Source: Haliotis rubra
Taxonomy: Eukaryota
Reading direction: 5' to 3'
Assembly (NCBI RefSeq): GCF_003918875.1
Contig: NW_025765559.1
Location: forward strand, 1,364,001-1,428,000
Length of the DNA: 64,000 nt
In this document: one piece after another, positions 13,301 through 28,300 of the stretch
How the letters are laid out: each line of letters opens with the position of its first letter
How positions within the stretch are numbered: the first letter of the stretch is position 1
Program-made: the position numbers and the translations under genes
Notes under the pieces: model-generated
The model's input: the letters and a program-made list of their open reading frames with translations, nothing else
The model's database searches: none
What the model was told of the DNA's origin: nothing

Positions 13301-16300
13301 TCATACTGTTGATCACTGGATTGTCTGGTCCAGGCTTAATTATTCAGAGACCACTGCCATATAGCTGGAATAGTGTTGAGTGCAGCGTAAAACTAAACTC
13401 ACTCACTCACTCACTCATTCAAGATAACTCAATAAGTGTTCATTGTAATTGGATGCTGTTGAGTTCAGTTCATCTATAGGATGGAGATAAATAGTATGCT
13501 TGAGTGCGACATTTTTTGAAGGTCAAGGTTACTGGATTGATCATTAATATGGTTGTTCTACTTACATATGTACTAAACCAACCCTTGGTATTTGTATTAG
13601 TGTTTAAGGCAAAGCATCCATTTCTTCAACTTGACAATATTATGCATGATATTAGCTGCAGTGCAGGGCCATGGTTATGTAACAGACAGTGCATACAGCT
13701 GGAAGGGCTGGTTTTGTATTGTGCAGGAAGGGATGTCAACAAACCAGAAAAGCTTATAGTTATAGTATGATTTACCCAGTATTGGGACTGTGTGGTTTAA
13801 CCAGTGTCACTACAGTGTGATTTACCCAGTATCAGGAGAGTGTGATTCAATCAGCATTTGGAGAGTTTGATTTATCTGCTATCAGGACAACATGAATTAC
13901 CCAGTATCATGACATTTTGATTTACCCAGTATCATGACATTTTGATTTACCCAGTGTCGAGACCTTTTGATTTGCCCAGTATCATGACATTTTTATTACC
14001 CTGTATCAGGGCAGTATGATTTACCCAGTATCAGGTCAGTTTAGTTTACCTCATAACAGGACAGTATGATTTACCCTGTATCATGACAGTATGATTCACC
14101 CTGTATTATCACAGTATGATTTACCCAGTATCAGAACAGTATGATTCAGCCAGCATTGGGAGAGTTTGATTTATCTGGTATCAGGACAGTATGATTTACC
14201 CAGTATCAGGTCAGTATGATTTACCCAGTATCAGGACATTATGATTTACCCAGTGTCAGGTCAGTATGATTTACCCAGTATCAGGACATTATGATTTACC
14301 CAGTATCAGGACAGTATGATTTACCCTGTATCAGGACAGTATGATTTACCTGTATCACGACAGTATGATTTACCAAGTATCAGTCAGTCAGTATGATTTA
14401 CCCAGTATCAGGACATTATGATTTACCCAGTATCAGGACAGTATGATTCAACCAGCATTGGGGGAGTTTGATTTATCTGGTATCAGGACAGTATGATTTA
14501 CCCAGTATCAGGTCAGTATGATTTACCCAGTATCAGGTCAGTATGATTTACCCAGTATCAACTCATGATTTATCAGTATCAGGACAGTATGATTTACCCA
14601 GTATCATTTGATTTCCAGTTTCATGACACCAAGTTTTGATTTTATGACCCATTATGATCAGTATCAGGACATTCTGATTTACCCAGTATCAGGGGAGTTT
14701 GATTTATCTGGTGAGTATGATTAACCTGTATCAGGACAGTATGATTTACCCAGTATCAGGATAGTGTGATTTACCCAGTATCAGGACATTGTGATTTACC
14801 CAGTATCAGGACCGTATGATTTACCCTGTATCAGGTCAGTATGATTTACCCAGTATCAGGACAGTATGATTCAACCAGCATTGGGGGAGTTTGATTTATC
14901 TGGTATCAGGACAGTATGATTTACCCAGTATCAGGTCAGTATGATTTACTCAATATCAGGACAGTATGATATGTCCAGTTTCATGACATTTTGATTAACC
15001 CAGTATCGTAACATTCGGATTTACACTGTATCAGGACAATCTGATTTACCCAGTATCAGGACAGTGTGATTTACCCAGTATCAGGACAGAGTGATTTACC
15101 CAGTATCAGGACAGTTTAATTTACCGAGTTTCAGGACAGTATGATTTACCCTGTATCACGACAGTATGATTTATCCAGTATCAGGACAGTATGATTTACC
15201 CAGTATCAGGACAGTGAGATTCAACCAGCTTTGGGACAGTTTGATTTACCTGGTATGAGGACAGTATAATTTACCCAGTATCAGGAGAGTATGATTCACC
15301 CTGTATCATTGCAGTATGATTGATTTACCCTGTATCAGGGCAGTATGATTTACCCAGTATTAGGACAGTTTGATTTTGCCAGTATCATGACAGTATGATT
15401 CAACCAGCATTGGGACAGTTTGATTTACCTGGTATCAGGGCAGTATGATTTACCCAGTATCAGAACAGTATAATTTACCTGGTATCAGGGCAGTGTGATT
15501 CACCCTGTGTCAGGACAATCTGATTTACCCAGTATCAGGACAGTATGATTGAACCAGCATTATGACAGTTTGATTTAATTGGGCAAAATAATTTACTCAG
15601 TAGCAGGACAAATTCCCTGCATCCCAGTAAATGCACATTGTGAAAATATCTTTTTTTGTTTGTTTCACATGACAAGGTATTCCAAGAATGTCCTAAAACA
15701 CAGAATTTTAATTTTTATCCAAACTTTCACACAATATTCTGTAAACTAAGAAACAAGACTTGTGGAATTAGAAACTAAATCAAATATGCCTCAGTAGTTC
15801 ACACATGTGACAGCTACTGAGTGCTTCTTCCAGCTGTTGTAGGTATATAGTCAGTAGGTAAATAATCACAGGGGAGCGGGACTCCTTAGTTAAACAGGCA
15901 GGTCCTGCTTACTGTGGGCTGGCTGACATGAATATACACACCATCTGATGAGGCAACAAGCTGTGGATCCACAAGAACTTGTCCTTGGTCACTGCACCAG
16001 CTTCTGAATGCAGCTCCAAGAATGTTCACATCTAATCTTAGAAGCTGGATGTTTCAGGTAGATTGAGAATACAGAGGATGGTAATCCGTTGTTGTGGATA
16101 AGAAATGATGCTTTCTGATGTTTCTGTATTTTGGATTAGGACAGTTTTATCTTGAAATCTCTGGGGCGGTGGGGTAGCCTGGTGGTTAAAGCATTCGCTC
16201 GTTATGCCGAAGACCATGGTTGGATTACCTACAGTGTGTGAAGCCCATNNNNNNNNNNNNNNNNNNNNNNNNNNNNNNNNNNNNNNNNNNNNNNNNNNNN

Positions 16301-19300
16301 NNNNNNNNNNNNNNNNNNNNNNNNNNNNNNNNNNNNNNNNNNNNNNNNNNNNNNNNNNNNNNNNNNNNNNNNNNNNNNNNNNNNNNNNNNNNNNNNNNNN
16401 NNNNNNNNNCTGGTTCTCACTGAGATTTTTTAGTTTGAACTGGTTCCCAACAGCCAATGCTTGATGTACAAGTTGACCTAAGGGATTGTTCATCAGACTC
16501 AGTGACCATGTTCAACTTAAACATTATGTTGTTTGCCTTGACCAGTATTCATAACATACAGACCGCTGTCTAAGAGCTAGAATATTGCTGAACACATATA
16601 CTAACAGGGGTGGAAATAACCCATTGCCCGACGCCCAAATTTGTATATCACACTGTACCGGCGTCCAGTTGATATTCCAATGTTAATTATGTTGTTTATT
16701 TAAAAAATTAACAAGAAAACGGCCGGCATAGTGGAAAAATTATCAGGGCAAGTGATTTTACATATGCCACTGTACCGGAGTACACTATCAATTTTAAAGT
16801 TATTTCCACCCCTGACTAATGATCCTGTGTTTCACAACACCCCAACAATGCTTTGAGGTTTTGTTACATCTCTGGGGTGATGGGGTAGCCTAGTGGTTAA
16901 AGCATTGGCTTGTTATGCCGAAGACCCGGGTTCGATTCCCCAAATCTGCACAATGTGTGAAGCCCATTTCTGATGTCCTCCACTCTGATATTGCTGGAAT
17001 ATTGCTAAAAACGGTGTAAAACCAAACTCACTCACTCATTCTTACATCTCAAAAGCAATACTTTGGACTTTATGAAAGAGACCTCATGACATATGTATTA
17101 ATGCTAAACTATGTGGACACAGGTGAATCTGGGAAAGGTCCACTGAGTTAACGAGGGACTTTGTTCCAGTTGGTGTTCATTCCAGTTTAGATACAGACAT
17201 AAATAGTGTAGTCGGAGACATTGTCTCTCTGGACTTGTGGCCTTCATGTTCATAGACCTTTTTGATAGTTCACATGAAGTGATGTCGTGTATTCAGATGA
17301 ATAAATTTGATGATCATGATGATGATGATGATGATTTGGAGATTTACATGTGCTTTCCAACATAATACAGTACATATTTTGCACAGGTGACCACCGAGCC
17401 ACTTAGTGTTTGATTGAAAGAGGGTTGATTTGATCAAAAGATATGACAACCTGAATGGGATGTTAGGGTTGCAATTTAGATTTTGTATGACTTTTGAATT
17501 TGAAAATTTACCAGATGTAGGAGGAACAGAATTATGGGGTGGTTTTTTTGTTGTTGTTGTTCTGTCTTTTTATTATTTTTTTATTTTTTTTAATCATTTT
17601 GACTAAGACTGCTTTTCAAATAAACCCCATCTGCCTTTAATGTGCTTGATAGCGAGTGACCTACACTGTGTTTAGACACTATGTGTCTTTACCCATGGCT
17701 AATCCATGTACAAACAGCTGGAGTAACACATCATCAAACTGACCCTAAATAGACTATGCCTGCAGCATGTGTCTGGATTGAGAAAACACAGACTCCTCCA
17801 TTAAGTAGACTATTGTCGGATGCATTCAGGTTTAATGTGGGACTAGACTGCCCCCGTCTCGGATGCTCACCTCACAGTTGCCTGTATGGGGAACTGCCTG
17901 TTCTGCACCAGTGATTTCCCCATATACATTGTGGGACACTGCAGGTTGTGGTGTAAGACAACATTTAAAGGTTATCATTAGGAATGCTGATTATGTGAAT
18001 GCTACAGGAGTGTTAGGGTTGGTTGTCGTAATGCTTGTGACGCTGTCAATCTACCAGCTGTGACATGTATACCTTTTCTTGGAGTGAAGGCTGAGCTTGC
18101 ATATGAAATGAACAGGTAATTATGCGAGCTTTGCTTACTGTCTCTATGTCAGGTTTAGATATGGTTCGTCAATGTCCTTGAATATATTTTAATCTACCTA
18201 CAGCATTTGGTATTGAGTATTATTTTGTTTGTATATGAACAAGTTCAATATTATTCTTCAGGAGGATTTAGCTACTCACTGTTTGTGAAGTATATCTTTC
18301 TGAGTTGACTTTGGTGGCTTGAGCTTGTGAAGTGGATAGGTATGGATGTCCAAATCGGTTACTTTTTTACATTTTGTTCTGTAGGGGTGTTTTTGTGTGT
18401 GTGTTTTAGCAGTCTCAAAATTAGAGGCTCTTTTAACCACAAAGTAGTGGTTGAGTGGTGTCGGGATACTAACATGAGACCTGAGTTCGAATCTCCTGAC
18501 AAGGGTACAAAGTGTTTAACTTAGTGTTGGTACCACTTATTGTTGGTCCTGCTCATATGGATGAAATACTGTGTCAACAGACTACAATTTGACTCACTTG
18601 ATTTATTGGTATTCATTTTTTACAGACAAGTACCTACATGCCCGCCTATCGAAAGGAGTTAGCGCGTTCAGTGACGACGAGCCTCTGTACGACAGCGTGG
18701 CATCGGACGAGGACTACAGCAGTATTGATACTATAAGCATTAAGAGTATGCGAGAGGAGATGAGGAGAGATAAGCCAGCCGATGTGAGTACTTGTTTCAT
18801 TTATGCTTAAAGATATACACCATTTATACTGGGCTTTATCTCAGCAGCCTGCACGGGGAATACCTAGGTAAAGAAAGTGGCAGTGTTCTGATGTTCAAAA
18901 CATCACAAATATAGCCTGATATAATATCTGTAGTTTTCAGTAACTTCAGTAACTTTCAGGACAAGACATATGTCAGTAACCGTTGGTATCATTAACATAT
19001 GCAATGCTGACATATTTACCACTAATAGTACATTTTGTCATCAACCTTTAATTGCATTGATGATTCCTTTTGTGTTTGACCTTAAGGTGTATATTTGTTA
19101 AACTTGTTGAAAGTGACTTTTAGTTGAATAGCTATCATATATGTCCTCATGTCGTTTCAAAGTTATGGGAGCATTTTCTCATAATTATGAGGAATTAATA
19201 ACATTGTACAAACTTCTTCTCCATGGATATCATATAATTATATCTTTTCCACTGTGCTACTGTTGTATGTCTTTTTGCCTCCACTGTCATGTCCATTTTG

Positions 19301-22300
19301 TGATGCTGTTGCATAAGTCGCGATAATTTCTTTGTCATGTTAATGTAAATTATTTTCATCATTTAATTTTCTGTCTTATGTCGTTTGACATGATGTAATA
19401 TCAGTTCAGTTTTCTTTTCTGTATTTTCATAATTTTTTTATCTTCTCTCAACTTTAGTTCTTTTCTGTTTGTACATGATGCACCTGTTTATTTCATTTGT
19501 CGTAGGACTCGACACTGAGGCGACAAACTCCCATGTCCATTATCTCCTTTACTGAGGTGAGCAAGCTCAGCATGTGGAGCTCAGTGGTAGAGAACCCCAG
19601 AACACCTTAACCCTCCCCCTGAAGTTCATATTAATGTGTGCACTGCTCATCTTGGAGCTGTAGAGGGAGCAGGCGGTTGGGAGAAAATAGCAGTTGACAA
19701 GAAAACTGTCATTGTACAGGAGACCTTAACCCTCACCCTGAAGTTCACATTAATGTGTGACAAGAAAACTGTCATTGTACAGGAGACCTTAACCCTCACC
19801 CTGAAGTTCACATTAATGTGTGACAAGAAAACTGTCATTGTACAGGAGACCTTAACCCTCACCCTGAAGTTCACATTGATGTGTGACAAGAAAACTGTCA
19901 TTGTACAGGAGACCTTAACCCTCACCCTGAAGTTCACATTAATGTGTGACAAGAAAACTGTCATTGTAGAGGAGACCTTACACTTTACCCACCCCCTCAC
20001 CCCCTGAAGTTCACATTAATGTGTGACAAGAAAAACTGTCATTGTACAGGAGACCTTAACCCTCACCCTGAAGTTCACATTAATGTGTGACAAGAAAACT
20101 GTCATTGTACAGGAGACCTTAACCCTCACCCTGAAGTTCACATTAATGTGTGACAAGAAAACTGTCATTGTACAGGAGACCTTAACCCTCACCCTGAAGT
20201 TCACATTAATGTGTGACAAGAAAACTGTCATTGTACAGGAGACCTTAACCCTCACCCTGAAGTTCACATTGATGTGTGACAAGAAAACTGTCATTGTACA
20301 GGAGACCTTAACCTTCACCCTGAAGTTCACATTAATGTGTGACAAGAAAACTGTCATTGTACAGGAGACCTTAACCCTCACCCTGAAGTTCACATTGATG
20401 TGTGACAGGAGACCTAACCCCAGAAAACTGTCAAGAAAACTGGAGGAGACCTTAACCCTCACCCTGAAGTTCACATTAATGTGTGACAAGAAAACTCTCA
20501 TTGTACAGGAGACCTTTAACCCTCACCCTGAAGTTCACATTAATGTGTGACAAGAAAACTGTCATTGTACAGGATACCTTAACCCTCCACCTGAAGTTCA
20601 CATTAATGTGTGACAAGAAAACTGTCATTGTACAGGAGACCTTAACCCTCACCCTGAAGTTCACATTGATGTGTGACAAGAAACTGTCATTGTACAGGAG
20701 ACCTTAACCCTCACCCTGAAGTTCACATTAATGTGTGACAAGAAAACTGTCATTGTACAGGAGACCTTAACCCTCACCCTGAAGTTCACATTAATGTGTG
20801 ACAAGAAAACTGTCATTGTACAGGAGACCTTAACCCTCACCCTGAAGTTCACATTAATGTGTGACAAGAAAACTGTCATTGTAGAGAATACAACTTTAAG
20901 TTGTCTGTCACAGGTTCCTGTTATTTCCTGGTTGCCCTCCTCCAGCTCACTCTCATCCCCTTCCATTGGAGACTACTGGTAACCTCACCCTCCCTTGCTG
21001 ATAGCAGCATTACACCAAACTTTTAATCCCTGATTCCACCCACTCATTTATGTACTATGAGTTTTTGAGTGTGTGTCCCAATACTCTGTTTTTCATTTTG
21101 GCCTGTTGTCATGATAACCAGGCTTGCTGGCTTCACCATCCATGGTGATACACACATATGACCTGTGAGAAGTAACCCAACCAACTTGATCTCTAATCAA
21201 ATTTTCACTTTCACTGCATGAAGTTCTAGCATTACAGAATGTTTTAATGAGTGCTTTTGGTTTGACCGTCTCAGTTGAGTTTGTGGTTGCTTGTTAGGCA
21301 TTACACCTCTTGCTACAGAGGATTTGTTGTTAGAAGTTTGCATGGAAATCTTTTGTTATGTTCTCTACAAGGAGAAAGTCAGTGTTTACAAGCTGGGTCC
21401 ACATCTCCAGATCCCTGTGGTTGGTTGTGAGGGGATCAGGAGGGCTAGCTCTTCTGACTGCATGTCAATGCATGACATGTTTGCCTGGTACAGATTCAGT
21501 TACTGATAGATGACAGTAAAAATACTGCTGACTGGCAGTTTACAACCTTCACTCACATCATTCACTTCAGACTGACTGACTGGTTTTACGCCGCTTTTAG
21601 CAATATTCCAGCAACATCACGGCGGGGGACACCAGAAATGGGCTTAACACATTGTACCCATGTGGTGATTCGAACCTGGGGCAGTCAGCGCTTTAACCAC
21701 TAGGCTACCCCATCACCCCATTCACTTCAGAAGGAGTAGCAGGATGTTTTGTGTTTGCCTTGAGTTGAATGCTCTCAATGCTGTTCACAAAATGGAGTTT
21801 TGATTGTGGTTGTCAATCCTAATATCTAGATGTGAAGATGCTTCCTGATATTCAGCTTTCATCACCATGACCATCATTACAGTAGTCTTGCTCCTCAACA
21901 GAATTGTCAACCTTTACTGTTCTGTTACTCTGTGTTTTGCACCCACAATAAGCTCCCTTGCAACAATGCATTGTAAATACTTCAGTAGTGAGTTAAAAGG
22001 TGTTACTCCTGATTCACTGAACTTTTCAAAGTGACAGATTATATCCAGGGAGTTTCACAATGTGTGGATCTATTTGTCACCCAGATGGGTGATGAATCTT
22101 CCTCTTGAAGTGATATAAGCTACCCGTTGCTTATTCAGAGCTCAAATTGCACCACAGCAACTTTTGAAAATAGGGCCAAGCTAAGACTGTTCCCTGATGC
22201 ACTTTTTTCACTTTCACTTGGAATTATCTAAAACTGGCACGTGTGATTGTTACAAGTATCAGTTTAGAATAGCAAGCCTTGTTGAGTCTGCATCTAAAAC

Positions 22301-25300
22301 ACAAACTGACATGATGGAAGATAACGGGTAAGATGCCATGTGTATGTTTTCCGTTTCAGTGCCAGAATACAGTTAGTCATTCCATCTTTCATCAACCAGT
22401 TAGAAATAGACACACAGAAGACCTGAACATATAATTGCTAAGATGAGGCAAGCATGTCATTTTCTGGTCAGGCATGATGGATAGATTTAGGAAGTCAGAT
22501 AACATGATAATGCTTTTGCATGAAAAAAGTGTTTAACATAGAATGTACATGATGCATGAAAATGTCTCTTAAATCAGTAATGTCTAAGACATTTATTTCA
22601 CCCTGTAGCAAAACCCATGAAGATCCAGGTTAGAAACGTTTTTCAGTAACCCATGCATGTTATAAGAGATGACTAACAGGATTGGGTGGTCAGGTTTGCT
22701 GACTTGGTTGACACATGTCATTGTATGACAATTGCATGGATCGATGTTGATCACTGGATTGTCTGTCCAGACTGGATTATTTACAGACTGCCACCATACA
22801 GCTGGAATATTGCTGAGTAAGCGTTAAGCAACAAACAAATCACCCTGTACTGATTCCATGTGAGAATAGCTTTCCAGTGCCCCCATAGTAGAAGACTACA
22901 AACAAGTTGTGATCTGTTACCTGGCTAATTGTATGACATCTATTACCTGGCTAATTGTATGTCATTGTACCACAGTGATGCAGTTTGTTGCTTGTCAAAT
23001 GCTGGTTTCAAATCAAATATCAACTTGTATTGGAAAGTACAGATTTCTTAGACTGCAGTTCTTAGAATGGGATGTGTATCAGTATATTCTGAGTAGAAAT
23101 CACAAAAATTTGATTCAGATACTACATGGAGTTTTAGGAAGAGAGCTCAAATTTTGTCATTTTCCTATCTCAAATTCACTTAGGCACTATGCTGAAGAAC
23201 CTAAGAGATGTTTGGATGGTAGATTTCAGTTTCAGGGACTCCTGTTGATTGAAATTAGCAAAGTTACAAATTATTGATACCTTCGTCTTATGGATAAAAA
23301 TGGCAAGGGTTTGTTTTTTATGCAATTTTTTATGATTTCATAATTCATATTGAAAACCAACTCTACCCATGCCATTCTTACTACATGTATTAGCCTTTTC
23401 TCAACTAGGAAAATGGTTCTCTCCATTAAATCAGTTCTTTTACTTCCAACACAATAACACTCCGTGTGGAGACTTGGCAACCCCTCCCAATCTATGTGAA
23501 GGAGGTATTGTTTCTGAGCCAGTCAGATGTTAGCTGAGTAGTGTACGTTTATTCCACTTGATATTATGGTAGAATGAGTTAAACCTACTGTTTGTTCAGT
23601 GTGCAAAGTTTGACATTCACTATATGTCTTCCTTGAAAATGCAGTATGGTTATGTGGCAGTACCTGGACTCGGTAAGGATCGTGTCCTCGAAGCAGTGGT
23701 TGACTGGTTGAGTCTATATTACAGAGCACCACATCTATATTATGTAGAGGCACAGAACGTGACGGAGGCACCGTGGCGGCCGGCCAGTACCTGACTGCAC
23801 TAGTAGCAGCCCGTAGGAACAGGATTTTTAAAGGTGTTATCGGACTGCAAAAGATATTCATTTATGAAGTTCTTCCTTATGTGTCTGGTGCATGTTTTGC
23901 CCATGTCAGGAAAATGTTTCAAGGTCAAGGTCAAAACTTCATGGGTACTTTTCTCAAAATGTTTTATCGTTTTTATCTAAAGATATACCTTCTTCAGTAT
24001 GGAGTTCTGCTTTGAATAGGTTTTGGTAAAAGGCTAAGGTCAAACTCATGTTTAATATTTCACCTTAACCCTTATCAAACATGAGTGAACATGTACTTGT
24101 TGACAGATTGACAGCTTGATTAAGGAGAACAGTGCCCTAAAGAGCATCAACATGCAACGGAGGAACGAAGCTCAGGTTTTGCAGAACGGCTACGAGGCCA
24201 GCAAGGGGAGTAACTCTGGTAACCCCGAATATGACTCACTGGATGAGAAAGTGCCACAACGGCCTGTGCGGGATATGCGACCACAGTCAATGTTTGAGCC
24301 CAGAACCTCATTACAAAAGGTGGGTTTTGTCTCACATTTAGACATCTTGCCGTGTGATGATAATATTGATATACTTTGATATTACTGAATTGGCACCAGA
24401 GTTTACATAAACAAAATGCTTTGTCCAGAGTTGCATCCCTTGGGCATGCCAGAAACCATGAGTTCAAATCCTGCTTCATCCCGAATTGTGCTTTGCTGTC
24501 TGTCAGCACCATAGCCATGCAGACCCGTGAAGGTACGGGTCAGAATTGATCTTCAGCAACCCATGCTTGTTGTAAGAGGCGACAAACGGGATCGGGTGGT
24601 CAGCCTCACTGACTTGGTTGACACATGTCATCGTATCCCAATTGCTTAGATTGATGCTCATGCTGTTTGTCACTGGATTGTCTGGTCCAGTCTTGATTAT
24701 TTACAGACCACCGCCATATAGCTGGAGAGTGGCGTAAAACTAAACTCACTCACTCACTCACCTTATAATAAACTGTGCATATTTTTCTCAGAGTCAGTCA
24801 AGAGAAGATCAACTCCAAACCTGTCTGTCTGAAGCCAACATCCGTTATGATGGAGAGAGGGTAAGTGAGTCTACTGTATCTCAACACTGCAGATACCCTG
24901 GATCATCATCTTCTGGGCATTATTCTGGAGTGGCAGAGCAGTTCATCAAGTAACTGGTTAATCAGTATTCTGTATACTAAGTCAATGAAACAGTGTTGTC
25001 ATGTTTTGCAGGAGATAACATGTTTGGGAGTAAACCCAGTAAATATTTGGCCCAACATGGATTTGTCATTTTATACAAATTAGAGATAATGAATCACAAT
25101 TTTGTTTAAGGTTTATCTTTAAGAAATTATGATCCTTTTCTGGATTGTCTCTTCATGTCAGCTGAATGAGAACCCAGTGATACCTCACTTCATATTTGAC
25201 TCAAATTTTCATGAAGAAAAGATTCTGATTAATCTAATTCATAATTGATTTGAGATTTATCTTAAATAAGAAAATAAGGCCTAATAATTATGTATTTTCA

Positions 25301-28300
25301 TACAGGTGTCTTGAATTGTATATAAATTATGTTCATTGAAGCGTTCAATGAAGAATTGTGTAAGGTGTGTCAGTCAGTATGCTGAGCAAGCAGCATGTGT
25401 GGTACTAATCATGAGTTTGTGTTTACAGCTGGGTGACATGGAGCTGTCATTACCGAGTGAACCTATTGATCCAGATGTCGCTAACGCCAACATCGTCCCA
25501 GATCCCGACTATGATATGCCAAATGATGAGGATGTAGCTTGGTGAGTGTGCAGGGCTGAGAGATCTGAAATATGACATAACAGAGTGATGGCCATATGTT
25601 AAGAGTGAAATCCGATAACATGATTCCTCGTCTGAAGTAACCATGACAACTTGCCATAAGAGGAGACTAAAAATATCTAGCTGTCACATGTTGGTCATTA
25701 TAATATCAACCACTGAGTTACCTAGTCCAAATTCAGTAACATACAGGTTTCTGTGATATAGCTTACATATAATGATGAATAATAAACATACAAAACTGAA
25801 AAAGTGCTGAAGTGAATACTACAATTGGTCAATGTTTTGTTGCAGTGCCTCCTCCCGACCGTGTTCCGAGATGACCGATTCCATGTCGTCACAAGGTGCC
25901 ACACCAAAAGCTACAGCATTCGCTTCAGTCACACTGTCGAAGGAAGATCTGTCCGAACTTCCATCGCAGGAAGATGTTGTAAAGAAGACAGAAAAAATAA
26001 CCAAGAAAATCCAGGAATTATTATTAACAGCGCAAGCAAACAATTCCGAGTGGTAAGTACCTGTTGCTTGCTTCCATCTTAATCTTCGTGCTCTAAAGAC
26101 GTGGAGAGCTTAATATATAAATGAAGCTATGCAGGACCATGATGTCACTTTGATCATACTTTGAAGGCCGTTCCCTTGTTGGTAGTTTTGTTCAGGAAGT
26201 ATAGTTTGTATGGTATGGAGTCATCTTTTTTCTGACAAATTGAAAAATGTAATGTCCTCACATGTGATTGGATGATGGGGCAGGTCAAGGTCACTCCAGA
26301 AGGTAATGTCCCAAACAGCTTGTGCTCACACACTATCTTGAACATTCATAATTGCAGTTTGAAGAAACATTCAATACGTAATCCAGTCTAAGTAGACTTA
26401 GGCTCAGTATTATATGTTACACTGCCAGTACGACTGTTTTATGACTACAGTATAGCAGTGTAACAAATAATACTGGGCCTAAGTATTCTTACACTGATAT
26501 GTGATCAACAGTCAATTCATGGCTTATATTAAGGTCAAATTCATTAAGCTGATGGTATCTAGAGGCATTGTATTTTCTGTTTCAAAGTTGTACCTTGTTG
26601 GCCAAGTGTTCTTGATGTTGGAATTGCTTTGTTTATGAGGAAGCAGAGGGATAGCCTTTGTCTTCCAAAGTTGTTCTTTGTAATGAATGAGTTAATTTCA
26701 GCTGTCACAAGATGGGGTTAATCTCATCAAGTCAAAATTAATGGTTCATGATGAATGTTGCTGATGGAAATCTTTTTGGGCATTCAGGAAATAGTTGGGA
26801 TGGGTCTGCTTCTGATTTTGCATGTATTCCAGTTTAGGAAGTACCTCATGAATAACAGTGCTGTGGTGATACTTTTATCATTTTCTGGTCAACAAAACTA
26901 CACTATAGATCTGGGGTTAGACTCCAACGTAATCATAGTTAAACTGCTTGTTCCGACAGCCCTATACCCATGCTCCATTTATCTTACCACAGAGGCATTG
27001 CCTACCTTTTACATCACTTAAACATATCTTTGAAAGCTGGTATGCAGTGACATATTGTATTACCCAACTGTCGATTCTATTATTTCAGCTATGGACCATG
27101 CTCTGAGAAGATATATTCTGCTGTTGTGGACATGGCGGAACTATTTCCACAGGTGAGTGTCTGTGTGGACCTACATGGAGGAACCACAGCTCCTTCAACC
27201 CACTCATCAGGGCTTGACCTGACACTTCAGTTCCATTTGGGTGGTTCAGGGCTGGTAAACAGTCTTAAGTAAACTTAGGCTCAGTATCATTTGTACACTG
27301 CTATACTGAGTCTAACAAACCCTAGTAAAAGGTTGCATCAGCTAACCTTTTGAATTGACTAATCAGAACAGAGCTTACCAAATTGTGAAAGTTAACATTT
27401 GCACATACAGTTTGAATCTTTACCTCGAAAACTCGAATGATTCCGAATGCTATGTTCCACACGATTGCTTCTGAGTGATACACGTGGAGGACGCCATTAT
27501 TCACAACAATGAATAAACAGTCTCTGAAATTAGTGTTTTTGTCAATATTCTAGGATGTCAGTTTGCGAAAATATAAGCTAATAGTAACCATGTCATCAGA
27601 AACCCCTAAGTGTATATACTGCAGGCCAAATATCTGTGTTTTATGCAGATTTTCGTTTGTTGAGAGATCAGTGTCAGCGACCGGGGAAGAGAATATATAT
27701 TAAAAAAAACATTTTGTAAGTCCCGCCGAACCTTAAATAGTAGCCGTTGTCTGATTGGTTAAATCCGTTCGACCGCTTCACGTTTGATTGGCGGTCATAG
27801 GTCGCTCAAAGGTTAGCTGACACGACCTTCTACTTGGGTATTATAAGGGTAACACATTTTTTCAGGGCATTATCAGTTGCAGAAGCCTGAGGTCTTTCAT
27901 TAACTGCCTGAGGAAGGATAATGCCCTGAAAAATAGCGTTACCGTTATTTTAGCTAAAATGGATAGAATTTTTAATAAGATAAAAGCAAACAACAGTATT
28001 GGTTTTGAAGCATTTACTGCTAACAACAAACGACGGAGGTCACTGACACACTTTTTACAAACATGGAAACGTCACAGAACAAACAAGATGACGTCACTAT
28101 TGCGAGTGACGACATTCGACCTTGACCTTTGCCCATACTACCAGCCGCCATTTTTTTCAATGCTGAACAACGTTAGAGTTCCAGTTGATGTTTTTATTGC
28201 TACATGTTGTAATTTATGGTACAATTGTTAAGGTTGGCACCGGCAAGGAAGTGCATAATGGCACAGGTACATGTGACGAATGTGAGTCAGATATATCGTC

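Noticed and set aside
16038-16493. ORFs spanning Ns
   Set aside because: Created by the assembly gap
19636-20982. 21-aa repeat ORFs on both strands
   Set aside because: Artefact of a 63-bp unit; frames break between units
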